A stretch of 62,467 nucleotides of DNA, filler included, from Dugesia japonica (GCA_001938525.1; 5 parts of 5 records of this genome joined end to end with filler, not necessarily neighbours in it), one strand, 5' to 3'. Shown: positions 1 to 12,837, numbered from the whole stretch's first letter. Translations and numbers: made by a program. Notes: generated from the sequence alone by a model not told the origin.

Positions 1-959
1 TTGAAATATTGTTAACTATTTCTGCATGCCACTTTTAAAATCCGAGTGCTCCAAATTTCGACGATATCGTGCTCCTGAATAGAAAATTATGGCAAAATAT
101 TCATCAAGAGTTGATTGAAAATGATGTTTGAGGTAGTCTAGAAATGCACAGAAAATTATGGCAAAATATTCATCAAGAAGAAATTTAAAATCGATCGCAA
201 ACTTTAGTTAAAAAGTCCCCNNNNNNNNNNNNNNNNNNNNNNNNNNNNNNNNNNNNNNNNNNNNNNNNNNNNNNNNNNNNNNNNNNNNNNNNNAGATCCT
301 AGAGAGTTATTGTGATATCAAACTAGAAACTTGCAGTGAAATTGTTTCCACACGAGGGCAAAACTGTCATGAGGACTATAGAGCACGACATGTGAACGAG
401 ATTATCGGATAATGAGGAGATCCTGGAATTATAGGAAATTAAGTTGTGGGCATAGTAGTAGAGTTGTGCGGGAGCTCGATAACCTAAATAGATTACATAA
501 ATCACAATTTGTTATTTTATCTTTAATAATTGTTTTTATTTATTATTTATTTTTATTTCATTTTAACTAGTTATGACATAATGTGTAAATCGGAAAATAT
601 TATGTACTGTTTTATTCCTTTTATTATTATATTTTAATAATTTTTATGAATTAGGTTTGCTAAAATTTCACCTAATAATTAATATTTAAAGATGAAACTT
701 TTTTATTTAATAATCGGATCATTAAAACATTTCAATAGGGTGAATAGTCTAAATAAAAATCGTTGATTATAGGGACATCTTCTCAGAGTTCCGAAAGATG
801 GAGGACGAGAAAAGATGGTAATTTCCAACTATCATCTTCTCTGGTTCACCTTCTAGGAACAGGAACGAAGATAAATTAGGCCACAGGCTGAAGATCTCGT
901 TTATGTTTAATAAATTTGGGTTCTGTTTATATCGTGCTCATTTTATAACTTTTTATTAG

Positions 960-1382
960 ATGCATCAAAATCAGGAAGTAGACTCGAAAGCCGAGGCAGC
1001 CGCATCGTCATATGTAGATCAGGACCACAGCTACTACCTTGAATGGAGAGAAGTGCAAGCAATGCTGGCTCAGATGAGGAAGAAGCAGGCCCTAATAATG
1101 CAAAGTTTAAAGGCGGATTTGGAGGCAGCTCAGTAACAGATAACCATTAAAGATGCCAATTTGCACATGGCGGAGTACCAGCGAAGATGCCTGCAAGAAG
1201 AAAAGGAACGAGAGACGAAAGCGCGTCTGGCACCCGCGGAGGTGGACCTACTCCTAACCAATGTACGGACTCTGACCGGAGTAGGTGTAGAAGAAGATGA
1301 AGCCGAGGAGGCTCGTATCATCCGGGACCTCATGCAAATAAGGGATATCGCACCGTTAAGTATAGACCGTGTTTCTTATTGA
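960..1382 (+). pseudogene. GC-richer coiled-coil ORF of unknown origin with one in-frame TAA
   Basis: ATG at 960 to TGA at 1382 is in one frame, with a single TAA at 1134-1136 (AAQ*QITIKD). The protein is E/Q/K/A-rich. Confidence 0.45.
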
Positions 1383-1710
1383 CGATGATATAATGTTATT
1401 AATAGAAAGTTTTGTAAGCTCAGTTTGTCTTATCATTTCTGTTTTGATAGATTGTTGAAATAATAATACTGATTTAGTGATATGTATGTCACAACCTTTT
1501 TTAGCATGATAAAGTAGTCTGCAGAGGCAGTATAACACTGAGTGAATATTTTATTTATGCTGGTGCAAGTTGTAACGATTAAGATACTTTTACATCAAAT
1601 TTATTTATACAACTTTAAAGTATGACGTAATGATTATAATTGACGTTTATATATCAGTGAATGAAAGTAATAAAGAAACCGTGTCAAGAAAGGAGGTAAT
1701 CACAATTCAG

Positions 1711-2025
1711 AAAACTAGAGAAGTTTAATTATATAGCTCTTGTAGTTCTAAATTCAAATTTTATTTTTAATAATATATTAATTTCTATAAACTTAAAACA
1801 TTGATCACTATAATCTGTTTTCGTTTTTATCTACCATTGGCAAGGTTTAACAATCTGGATATATGTATATATATACATATATTGTTAAAACTTGCCAATG
1901 GTAGAAAAAAACGAAAACAGATTATAGTGATCAATGTTTTAAGTTTATAGAAATTAATATATTATTAAAAATAAAATTTGAATTTAGAACTACAANNGCT
2001 ATATAATTAAACTTTCTCTAGTTTT
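1711..2025. repeat. ~315-bp near-perfect palindrome (foldback)
   Basis: Arms of about 145 bp (aaaactagag...ttaacaat / attgttaa...ctctagtttt) surround an AT palindrome centre. Confidence 0.95.
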
Positions 2026-2117
2026 AAAAATATATGAGAACCTTATTATGGTTTTCTAAATAATATACCTAATTCAAGATAACACAAAATATGTTTTTAA
2101 AGATTTTAAAACCTTAC

Positions 2118-2684
2118 TCCATTCGCATATTCCATAAATATATAAAGTTTATTAGAAAATTCAACTGCTCCGAAATATTGAACAATTCTTTTGTGTAGCA
2201 TCAAATTTTGATATTTGTTAATATCTTGTTCCACATATTTACAATCACTATCCAACTCTACTTTCATTACTTTATATGCAAACTCTCGATCTGTTCCAGA
2301 TTCTTTAATTTTAAAAACTTTTCCAAAAGTTCCACGGCCAATTAATTCACCTTTTGCAAATTTATTTGAAGGTAAAGCTAGAAATTAATTATCTAAAAAT
2401 TATTTTAATAACATAAATTTACAATCTAAACACAATTTATGATCACAATCAGTTTGACAGCCCAGATTCATTAAAACTGCAATATTGACAGCCTAAATTA
2501 TTTAAAATTTCACGAAATTAATCAATGAAATTATTTAAATACACTTAAATACACTAAATACGCATTATAGATTTAGCTTTGATGTTTTCCTGATTTGATT
2601 TTGGAACCTGTCTACAAATAATACTGATATTATATCCATTTATTATGTATTATCGCGATAGTGGACTGTAACATAATTTTCCAT
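2118..2684 (-). pseudogene. Truncated STE11/MAP3K-like protein kinase (N-lobe)
   Basis: Exon 2377-2118 encodes KGELIGRGTFGKVFK...FAYK...HKRIVQYFG...LYIFMEY. Upstream exon 2492-2423 has matching GT-AG phase; exon 2684-2562 contains stops. No C-lobe follows. Confidence 0.75.
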
Positions 2685-2759
2685 GATTTTTTAATAATAA
2701 CTTAAAACATTTATTTAGAACAATTCTTTTTACAATAACAAGGTAATCAATAATGTTCT

Positions 2760-3060
2760 CCGTCTTTATTGCTGTTCATTTTTCTGGCCAATTCCCTGCA
2801 TGCTTGACGGCTATCCTACTTCAATAGAACAATTAGATGGTCCTTATTGAACTTGGATGGTCGACTGGAGTTGTCAGTATCATGAAGATCGAATATGACA
2901 TTTGGGAAATTGATGAACTAACCACTTACAATATTCCAAACCATCGCACCTTTTTCATACACAGTATAAATATTTCGAACCGCTTCTGCAACCTTTAAAC
3001 CTCAATTAAAAGCGAATTAAAGTAAATGTCTAAAATATTTACATAAAATTTCTTGACAAA
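2760..3060 (-). mobile_element. Mariner transposase 5' fragment (HTH)
   Basis: YFRHLL*FAFN*GLKVAEAVRNIYTVY...SSRPSKF...RQACRELARKM. Confidence 0.75.
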
Positions 3061-3764
3061 AATTAGTGGAATTTTGTATAGCACAAAAAGGGATTTCAAA
3101 TAATATTTATTTTTCTAAAATAAAATAGTTCGGTTTAGTAAACTACAATTTAAAAAAAAATTAAATTAAGGAAAATTATAATACAACCTAATATTACTTA
3201 GCAGCATTTGGATATTTTTTGTTTTCATTAAAATGGCGAAATTGTGTTATAATTTAATAGCATAAAGTTCAAAATTGACTCCAACTTTATTTGACAATTT
3301 TTAATTTATTTAAATTATTTACACCTCATAAATTGTGCCTGCATAAATCTGCTAGCTAAATACAGTTGATTTCCAACTTTAATAATACAATAAACAACAA
3401 TGCAATATAATTTACATGTATTTCGATTAATAGAGCTTAGTCTATAATGTTAAAATAATTACAAGGAAATTTATCCAAAAACTAAAGATAACGGTCTTCA
3501 TCGTTGGAATATTTGTAAAATGAAAAAAAGTGATTAATAAAAATATTTGAAATATAATTAAATCAATTTTCAAATTCCTTTACGAATTTGAGATTGATAT
3601 CCTATGTATTTTTAAATTTAGTTCAAGTGTTAGACAATTTAAGATCGGGTAAACCGAATTAAATTAAATAAACTATTAAATTTCAAAAAAATAATTATAT
3701 ATATATTATAACACGAGGAAAATAATAAAAAATACCTTAATTAATTAAGAATATAATCAATAAA

Positions 3765-3892
3765 GTCAAAATATCGAATTAATCTCAAAAANNNNNNNNN
3801 NNNNNNNNNNNNNNNNNNNNNNNNNNNNNNNNNNNNNNNNNNNNNNNNNNNNNNNNNNNNNNNNNNNNNNNNNNAATAATTGCAATTGTAAA
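3765..3892 (+). mobile_element. Hammerhead/tail element copy F (5'-truncated, partly in gap)
   Basis: Starts GTCAAAATATCGAATT and ends aataattgcaattgtaa. Flanked by ataatcaataaa at 3753-3764 and 3893-3904. Confidence 0.6.
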
Positions 3893-4079
3893 ATAATCAA
3901 TAAAATTAACATTCTGTATTAATATCGCTTTTATAGCGATTTCCTTAAAATCAGTTAATCAAACCATTGAAAGCTCCATTAATTATGTATGATTAGTGCT
4001 GTCAGGTATGCAAACTAAGTTTCCAATAACTAAATTATGGAGATTATTTTGCAATTAAAGATTATTTATAAATTATAGA

Positions 4080-4460
4080 TTTTAAATTATGGTTCGATCG
4101 TAAAACCACAGTTAAAGCAGATTCATTTCAAAAATTTCTAATTGAATACGATATTGAATTATATCATACAAAAGGAACTCTTTGTCATACAACGGGTTTT
4201 AGAGAAAAATCCGTATTTGTATAAAGATTTAACAGAACATTGAAAAATAAAATGTGGAAATTATTTATAAAACAAGGATTTAAAGTAAGGAATGTTGATA
4301 TTTTAAATGATTTGATAAATAATTATAATAATGCAATTCATTCAGAAATTAACATAACTCTAAATAAAACATCTTTTAATCCAGAAAACGTTTTAAGTCA
4401 ATAAATACTTTAACCAAATTTAAAGGTAAATTTGAAAATGGTGATTATGTTTATCTCAGG
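4080..4460 (+). mobile_element. Decayed Maverick/Polinton-type retroviral-like integrase
   Basis: LWFD...FQKFLIEYDIELYHT...EKSVFV*RFNRTLKNKMWK...DILNDLINNYNNAIHSEI...KFENGDYVYL matches the Polinton integrase motif series (ERFNRTLKxKMWK, YNNxxHS, KFxVGD). Confidence 0.75.
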
Positions 4461-4474
4461 AACAAAGACATAAA

Positions 4475-5060
4475 GTGAGTCTTTCAGAAGTTATGAGATG
4501 GCAGAATGAGAGAAAAGGGGGGTTTATAAATTTGATTGATCAATCACGGCAACACCTGAGACAGCTGGTACAACTGACGGAAAACGAAAGGGTCACGACT
4601 CTGGAACTAGAAGAGTATAAGAAACAGGCGGATAGACTAATGTCAAGGATTGAGATTACCTTATAACAAATCCAGCCGTCGATGGAAGAGGATTGTGTAA
4701 AAAGAACTGATGTATGAACTCATTGATGTTTGTGTGTTAAGGAACCAATATATTTTACTGAATTTTGTGTTACTATTTAATTAGATTAAAGTAATGAAAG
4801 CAAATCATCAACGAAAAAAACAAACATCAGCCAGAAAAGAAATAGAAATTCAAAGACAGGATACAGCATAGTCCCGCATATGCTCGGGGTAGATGGAACA
4901 ATGTATAAGGCATTGTCAAATTTCTGCCGGCTTCGGGATATCTACCCCTAGAAGATATTAATATGGTAACAACATAAAGAAGGAACAGAAGAATAACAAG
5001 GAGAAAGTGTCAATTAGAAAGCAACATTGAAAACTTTGTAGCCAAGCACATATATTAATT
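4475..5060 (+). pseudogene. Two-ORF cassette 1 (coiled-coil ORF plus KTGY ORF), decayed
   Basis: ORF-A 4475-4716 has an in-frame TAA at 4664. ORF-B from about 4853 reads KTGYSIVPHMLG...FCRLRDIYP*KIL. Confidence 0.4.
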
Positions 5061-6164
5061 AATTAAAAGAAAAGATTTATAATAATCTGTGAGGAAAGAT
5101 TATTAATAATAATATTAGTAAGCCGAATTGTTTTAATATTCAGAAAACGATTATTAATAAATTACCGTATTTAGTGAAATTTAGAATTATTATTAAAAAG
5201 TTATTATCGTTATTGTATCGTTATTGGATCCAAGAAACAATCGATTGATTAACTGAAATTATTTGATTTTGAGAATTATACTTTAACATTTTCATACTTT
5301 CTATTTTCCGTGATCCCTTGACAATTCAATCTTATTATTTTATGTGAATAATTTATTTTATTACCTTTTAGAATTAATTGTAAATATTTGTAAATTTTTT
5401 TCTAACTGTAAATCGATAAATAATATTAGCAAATCTTTTGATCATTTTAAGTAGTATCGAATTTCATTGACTTTTATAAGTGTTTTTTACTATAAACCTT
5501 TTTTTATTATCTGATCTTATCTATGCGTGTATGGGCTACAAGACATTAAAAAAGTATTAATACCCGGCATATTTGGTTTATTTTCACCCGTTTTAAAAGT
5601 CTTAAATAGATCTAACTTTTCTGTAGCTGCCGATCATAGACTCAAAATAATAACATGTATTGTAACATTTGAATTCAAATATAATTTTTTAAATTTAAAT
5701 TTTCTACTTAATTGAATAAGCACATTATATAATTTATTTATGTTGAATATTATTTTATCTATAGTAATTATATTAAGATACAAGGCAACACNNNNNNNNN
5801 NNNNNNNNNNNNNNNNNNNNNNNNNNNNNNNNNNNNNNNNNNNNNNNNNNNNNNNNNNNNNNNNNNNNNNNNNNNNNNNNNNNNNNNNNNNNNNNNNNNN
5901 NNNNNNNNNNNNNNNNNNNNNNNNNNNNNNNNNNNNNNNNNNNNNNNNNNNNNNNNNNNNNNNNNNNNNNNGTATTACTCAAATCGGGTATATACCCCAG
6001 ATTTTAGCGATCATGGCAGTTCAGTTAATTCACTACAATCACTTATCTATATAGGATTTAATTCAGTTATTATGGTAATCATGGTTCTAATGGACTAATA
6101 ATAATTGTTTTTGGAAAGTGATCAATAAAGTAATAGTAGAACAGACAGTAAAGGCGAAGACCTA

Positions 6165-6725
6165 GCCTGAAAGTCGTTGGTGATTCAGAGCAGCTAGTGA
6201 AGTAACTGACGATTCTGCAGCAAAGAAATGAAATACTGGCCTCGCAAAAATAGCCTGTTACGGGAAAGACAATTGAATATTTGGATGACGTGCTGCATGT
6301 TGGCGGACGTTGTGAAATCTTACGCCGAAAGCGAATAAGTGATTATAGCAAATACCACAACTTTATGTAGAAGCTATAATGACGAGCTGGAATCAATCCA
6401 AAATGGGATTTTCGACATGATCACGATTGACAACACAGACCTCGAGGAGATTACCAATAACAGAAAAAGTTGATTAACTTTGTACAGTGATGTGGCATAA
6501 TTTAAATAAATATTTTGTGTATTTGTCTTAATCTGAATTATCATAGGTAAGCTGAAACTTGCTAAGAGCCAACTACGACGATCTATTTTGTAAGACAGGT
6601 TACCATGAACATCCGCTGAATTTGGGAAAGAGAGAAAACTGCACAGGGGTGCACCAAGTCTTGTGGTTCTCAGGTATACCTCTAGGCAATTCTAAAGATG
6701 TACTTACGTAGGATACCGTAAAACC
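6165..6725 (+). pseudogene. Two-ORF cassette 2, paralog of cassette 1, decayed
   Basis: VVGDSEQLVK*LTIL aligns to LIDQSRQHLRQLVQL. KTGYHEHPLNLG aligns to KTGYSIVPHMLG. Confidence 0.4.
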
Positions 6726-6751
6726 CAGATATAAGACAACTAGTAACTTAG

Positions 6752-7132
6752 CTAATCAAACATCAAAAACGTGAAAAATATGATAAATTAATTTCTGAAG
6801 GCATAATTGATTCAGTTGCATTAGAAGAAGTCTTAACTCAACAACAAAAATCTACAATTGAAGCTATAAAAACAATTACAGAAAATCAATTAACAGTTAT
6901 ATCTACTATGAGAATCATGAAGAGAACCAAGAATTTCAAATAGAAAAAATAGGAAATCCAATTCAAATAAATCTTAATATAACTGATAAATACAAATTAT
7001 CAGATACTTTAATTCTTTCAATAATAAAATTTAAAAGTAAAATCGGAATCTGGGAAGTAACAAAAATTAAAAACATACATTTACCAGTTGATGTTTTACT
7101 TAACACAAATGAAAGAGTTATAAAAAATAATA
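6752..7132 (+). pseudogene. Frameshifted ORF resembling a Maverick/Polinton-associated uncharacterised protein
   Basis: REKYDKLISEGIIDSVALEEVL...IEAIK...KSKIGIWEV. The resemblance is recalled from Polinton accessory ORFs and is unverified. Confidence 0.3.
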
Positions 7133-7459
7133 NNNNNNNNNNNNNNNNNNNNNNNNNNNNNNNNNNNNNNNNNNNNNNNNNNNNNNNNNNNNNNNNNNNN
7201 NNNNNNNNNNNNNNNNNNNNNNNNNNNNNNNNNNNNNNNNNNNNNNNTTTATTGAATTCTCATTTATATAAAGCACTAAAAAGCGATTTAACAATAAAAG
7301 AATATTTAAAAAATGTAAAACAACAAAAAAAAGCTACTAAAAATAAAACACTTTAAGAAATTTCTCATGATAAACCCGAACCAAAGACGATAAAACCAGA
7401 AGCAGATATTGATGTTAAACCTAGAGAAAGATCGAAATGTGAAGAAAATAAGCATTGTA

Positions 7460-8560
7460 TTAATTTTTCAGCGAGTGACGGATAGCTTACAAAATTCAAA
7501 GAACGTCACGGGATTAAGATATTACGAATATCTGATGAGAAACTGTACTACGATAATTCTACAGCAGTTGTGTTTAAAGAGAAATTTACAAAAATTATTT
7601 TAGGAAATGGATTTTACCGGAATAAATTTATAATTAAGATGAAACTAGCCTCGTATACAAAACTTTACACAAATTAAATAATTTTGCCGATTTCGAATTA
7701 ATGATGATTGGGAAAGCAAAATCACTTTGCTGATACGAAAATATACATATTCCACTCTATTATAAGTCATCTAAAAATGCATGGCAAACGAGTTCATTAT
7801 TTACGAAATGGTACAAACAAAGATCTGTTACACAAGTAATTCAACATATACAGTCCAACAAATTAACTGTTAGGGCGATATCTTTGGTAGATAACACGAC
7901 TTGCCATAGAACTGAAAATATGTTTACTAAGAATGAGAGCTTTAAAGATTATATTTTTTTCACCAAAAAACACCTCATTATTACAACCACTAGTCCAAAA
8001 TGTGATCAAATCCCCGAAACAGTGCTACATAAAACACGTCCTTACTAAACTGAATGATTTATCTGAAAACCAAGAAACATTCAATAGTCTCCACTTTGAA
8101 AAGAATTAATTTCAAGGACGTTGCATATTTAACTATTCAAGAATGAGATGATATCTCACAATCATTAATTTAAAATTCATTTAGACATTTGTTTACATCA
8201 GTTGAAGAAATCCAATTTAGCACATTAGATAAGAAGCTCTTTAAAAGAAAATAACATTCGACTGGCTGAATTATCCAAATTTGTTTTCACAGGTAGCACT
8301 TCTAGCGAGAATGAAATCATGGAATGGGCAGGTGGGTCTCATGAGGAAACAGTGATATAAACAATTGTAGAATCTGGCAATGATGACATAAATCATGTTT
8401 AAGAAGACCATGACGAGAATTTAGACATAATTAAAAATGTCATAGACTCATTCCATACTGTAATTGAATGGGACGAAAGAAATAATATTCGATCTAATGG
8501 AAATTTTGATGTTGTATCGTATAAGAAAGAAAGCTGTAATCAAGAAATATTATAATTAAA
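7460..8560 (+). mobile_element. Decayed pogo/Tigger (DDE_1) transposase
   Basis: FSASDG*LTKFKERHGI, DETSL, MIGK, YKSSKNAW, LVDN...H, TSLLQPL..NVIK. Confidence 0.85.
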
Positions 8561-8960
8561 AATTTTGGTTTTATTATCATTTTTGAATTGTTATCAATGA
8601 ATTTGAAATTCTTTTTCTAAATAAGCAATTATTTTTAAAAATTGGTTCAGTCAAATTGCTGATAAAAAACAATTAAATATATTAAATATATTAATTAAGA
8701 ACCAAGACTAAATTATGATAGTTATTTTAAAAATATTGATTGTTCCCATTTTTTAAAGTTATCAAAAGAATCCTAAATGAATTTAAGTTTAACCGAAATA
8801 TCACCAGCTGAATAAACGAATAATAAATTATTTACAATGGTTATGAATTTCAAGGTCATACGTATGCGTCACAAAAACATTACATTACATGTTAAAAACA
8901 TTATTTGATTAATTAGAATTTTTGTTGAGATAATTACACAATTGATTGTATAAATATAAT

Positions 8961-9004
8961 TTTGCTTGAAGATGACAATTAATCTGTCGAAACATGTTGA
9001 AATA
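8961..9004 (+). ncRNA. Type I hammerhead-like motif (PLE-type, slightly decayed)
   Basis: tttgc-TTGAAGA-T-GACA(attaatc)TGTC-GAA-ACATGT-T-gaaa, with palindromic stem III ACATGT. Confidence 0.65.
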
Positions 9005-9824
9005 TATATTGTTGAGAATCGGATAACACAACATACACTGCTAGCATTACATCATTTAACAAACATAATTCAAAGTGACAACAAACAAGAAATGGTAATA
9101 ATAGAAAATAACAATACAACCTCAATCCTTCAGAATTTATGTGAATCTGATATTTTACTGTTTAAAGCGATTTGACAACTCAATATTATCATATAGTATA
9201 TATAGTATATATAGTATATATAGTATATATATATATATAGTATTGCCTTATATTACATTANNNNNNNNNNNNNNNNNNNNNNNNNNNNNNNNNNNNNNNN
9301 NNNNNNNNNNATAGTATTGCCTTATATTACATTATAAGTTCCATGATAAATTATAATAACCATCCTATAACTTTATGATAAGGTATTCCAAATTTTGAGT
9401 ATTTTTTAGTGTCATGTATATAAGGTAGTTCTATAAGAAAAGCAAACCTTTAAATTTTATTAATTTTAAAAGTGGTCTTTAGAATTTTATTTCTAGCGCC
9501 CATAAAAATTAATTGCTGAGTAGAAATATAATTTGTAATTTGTCATAATCTAAAATATAAAAATTCCATAGTAATTGTTTTATTTAATTATAAGGATTTA
9601 CTAGAATTAACTAAAAGTTAATATTTATATAATCATTACATAGGCAACACGTTGATAAGACTTTATTTAACTAATTATTAATAACATATAACAGTCAATG
9701 GTTGTAATTAATATATACGGCAGAAATTATATTATTCTCAACAATCTAAATTATTATAATACAATTAATTTCGTGTTTGTTTTAATATTTCAAAAAATTT
9801 CGTCATTTCAATTGAAGATTTCAT

Positions 9825-10835
9825 GACAAAAACTAAATGCATGTCATTTATCTTTACGAGTTCAAATTGGATCACAAGGCTGTAGAGACAAGAGAAATAT
9901 CATTCGTGCATTCAACCAGCTTGATGAGGAATTAGTTCCAGAATATTNGAGATGAAGATGAGAGCATGGAAGATTTATACGGTCGTGGACATCTAATTTC
10001 CGTGGATAACTTAACTCAATTTGGTTAAGGTGGATCCTCTCACTACTATTTGTCCAAGAGTTAAATGTCAGTCATGTAGCAATTCTGAATCATCTCAAAC
10101 AATTAAACAAGATAATAAAACTTGATAAATGGGTAAAACATAACTTAAACAGAAAACAAAAGTACACATTTTGAAATCTGTTCGTCGTTTCTCCGAATAT
10201 CTACGACCCTTTCATCGATCGGATAGTGACAGGTGATAAATAATTGGTAGCTGAACCATAAACAAGTTCCACAACGACTACCAAAACCATAACTTCATCT
10301 TAAGCAAGTTATAGTAAGTGTTTGTTGGTATTCTGGAGGATTTATAACTTTCTCTCTTCCGGTGAATCGATTACAGCGCACAAATACTGTACAGAAATAT
10401 ATGACATGCATAAAAATTTGCAACTTCTTCATTTAGTTTTGGTCAACAGAAAACGTCCAACTGTTCTCCATGAAAATGCTGTACGAATGACAATAAGAAG
10501 GTTACATGACTTAGTCTACGAAATTTGGCTTCATCCACCGTACTCGCCAGACCAATCCTCTACTAACTATTAATTTTTAAAATATTTTGCTGTTTTACAA
10601 GACGTAAAAATTTTTTAAAAACCAAGGTTCTGACGAAAATGCCTTCCGTGACTTTATTGAATCCAGAGCAGAGAATTTCTAAACAACTTGAAGGAAAAAG
10701 CTTGTTTCCCGTTAGCAAGAATGTGTTGATTGTAATGGTTGTTATTTTAATTAATAAAGTTCAGTTGTTTTTTGAGTATTTTCAGATTAGTATTAAAAGT
10801 CAAAAACTGAAATTAGTTTCTTGCCAGCCTAATGT
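9825..10835 (+). mobile_element. Decayed near-full mariner
   Basis: LYEFKLDHKA, RIVTGDK, LHENA, HPPYSPDQSSTNY. Right TIR-like end ...gccagcctaat. Confidence 0.85.
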
Positions 10836-11279
10836 TTAATAGTATTTGAAAATAAAATTTATTGAATTTATTCATTTTTATTTTACTACGAACACATTTT
10901 GTCATTGTTAGATTTAAAAATAGAATAAGCAGAAAATATATATTTTAAGCACAAAATGACANTAACAAATATAATGCTTTTGAAGAATCTGTTATGTAAT
11001 AATGTCTGAGCACTAAAATCATACACACATTTTAACAGTCAATCAGGCATTCACCTATTATCACTTACATATGTCAATTTATTTAAATAAAGGTCAATAT
11101 GAAAATATTATATTATTCTTNNNNNNNNNNNNNNNNNNNNNNNNNNNNNNNNNNNNNNNNNNNNNNNNNNNNNNNNNNNNNNNNNNNNNNNNNNNNNNNN
11201 NNNNNNNNNNNNNNNNNNNNNNNNNNNNNNNNNNNNNNNNNNNNNNNNNNNNNNNNNNNNNNNNNNNNNNNNNNNNNNN

Positions 11280-11959
11280 GGACTTTCTCTTTTAATTAAA
11301 ACTTTGTCACCAATATTAAATTTTCTAATTGCATTATTCATTTCTAAATATTTCGAATTTTCATAGTTATTTAAATTGTTTATTATTCTTTTACGCTTTA
11401 GATTTCTTTCAGATATGTTTTTATATCTTTATAATGTTGCACAAAATATATATCGCTAGAAGCTCTTTTCTGGTTCAAAACTAGTATCTGTATCTAGTAT
11501 GAATTCTTTGGATAAATCTGGATAAATAAGTATAGGAGCCTTCATTAATTCTNNNNNNNNNNNNNNNNNNNNNNNNNNNNNNNNNNNNNNNNNNNNNNNN
11601 NNNNNNNNNNNNNNNNNNNNNNNNNNNNNNNNNNNNNNNNNNNNNNNNNNNNNNNNNNTAATGAATTTTCTGTAATAATTTGTAAGCCCTAAAAATCCAC
11701 GACGTTTTTTCAAACACTTGATATTTTAAAATTCTTTAATTGCTTTTATCTTTTCTGGATCTGTTTTTAAACCATCTTTTGAAATAATATGGACCTGAAA
11801 CTTAATCTCACTTTTCATAAACACACATTTATCAGAACTTAATTTCAAACCTGAATTTTTGATTACATTGAAATCATTTTCCACCCTTTTTGTATGCTCT
11901 TTCTCAGTTTTAGAAAATATCAGTATATCATCAAGATAAACAATTGCTTCCTTCCAATT
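11280..11959 (-). mobile_element. Gypsy pol fragment (RT/RNase H/integrase end)
   Basis: VYLDDILIF, FLGLTNYYRKFI, APILIYPD...FILDTDTS, KFNIGDKVL. Confidence 0.9.
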
Positions 11960-12059
11960 NNNNNNNNNNNNNNNNNNNNNNNNNNNNNNNNNNNNNNNNN
12001 NNNTTAATTAATTAANNNNNNNNNNNNNNNNNNNNNNNNNNNNNNNNNNNNNNNNNNNN
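11960..12059. other. Artificial scaffold spacer
   Basis: N44-TTAATTAATTAA-N44, a six-frame stop linker. Confidence 0.95.
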
Positions 12060-12511
12060 AATCGTAATGGTGTATATTTCTACATATTCATAATTAATTC
12101 GGGGGAAACTCATTGAACACTCTATATATTCTGTATGTATTGTTTGTCATGAATCGTAATAGTATATATTTTTACGTATTCATAATTTTCCGTAATTTTA
12201 TTTCAATATTTTGTGTTAAACAAGATGTCAACATTAGGATGATTTAACTTTTGACCGTGATAAAAATTTTATTTTCAATTAAAATCATTGAAATAGCTAT
12301 AGAATGTTTCAATTCGTCAGTAATTAAATGAATAAATCCATTTAATAACTGAGATTTATTGCTAGGATTTCCAAATATTTTTATTATTAGATTTTCCAAA
12401 TAAACTTTTCAAATGTTTTTATTTCTAAAAATGTTGTCATATGTTTCGATAAATAGAAGAAATTGGTTTACGATTAACTTGCCATCAACATTTTCTAATA
12501 TTAAACAAATA

Positions 12512-12730
12512 AATTTCATTAAATTAAAAGCATCGATCTAAATATTGTTTTTTTTATAAATTATTGTTTAGTTGTTAATAGTATTTTGACTTTGTCTTCG
12601 TCAGGGATTGACTTCAACTAAAAAAATATATATAAAAAAAAACAATATTTTATTCGAAACTTTTAAATTGATTAAATCTTAAATACGATCAATGGTTAAG
12701 TCTAACATTTATTCTCTCAATAATTCTTGT
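12512..12730 (+). mobile_element. Hammerhead/tail element copy A (5' inversion, ribozyme core in the inverted arm)
   Basis: Inverted arms. The minus strand reads CTGACGA-A-GAC(aaa)GTC-AAAA. Tail cgatcaatggttaagtc is present. Degenerate TSD at 12497-12511/12731-12745 (13/15 match). Confidence 0.7.
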
Positions 12731-12837
12731 AATAGTAAAAAAATATTCAGTTAATAATATGGATTGAGTTTAATATTTCTTTGTGAAAATGAACATTTTC
12801 AAATTTATAAAAAGTAAATAAAAACAACTCTTCGAGT

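Noticed and set aside
81-178. 29-bp direct repeat separated by 40 nt (CRISPR-like spacing)
   Set aside because: There are only two units, the context is eukaryotic and no cas genes are present. It is a local duplication.
9238-9333. Identical sequence on both sides of an N gap
   Set aside because: This is an unmerged contig overlap next to a (TATATAG)n tract.
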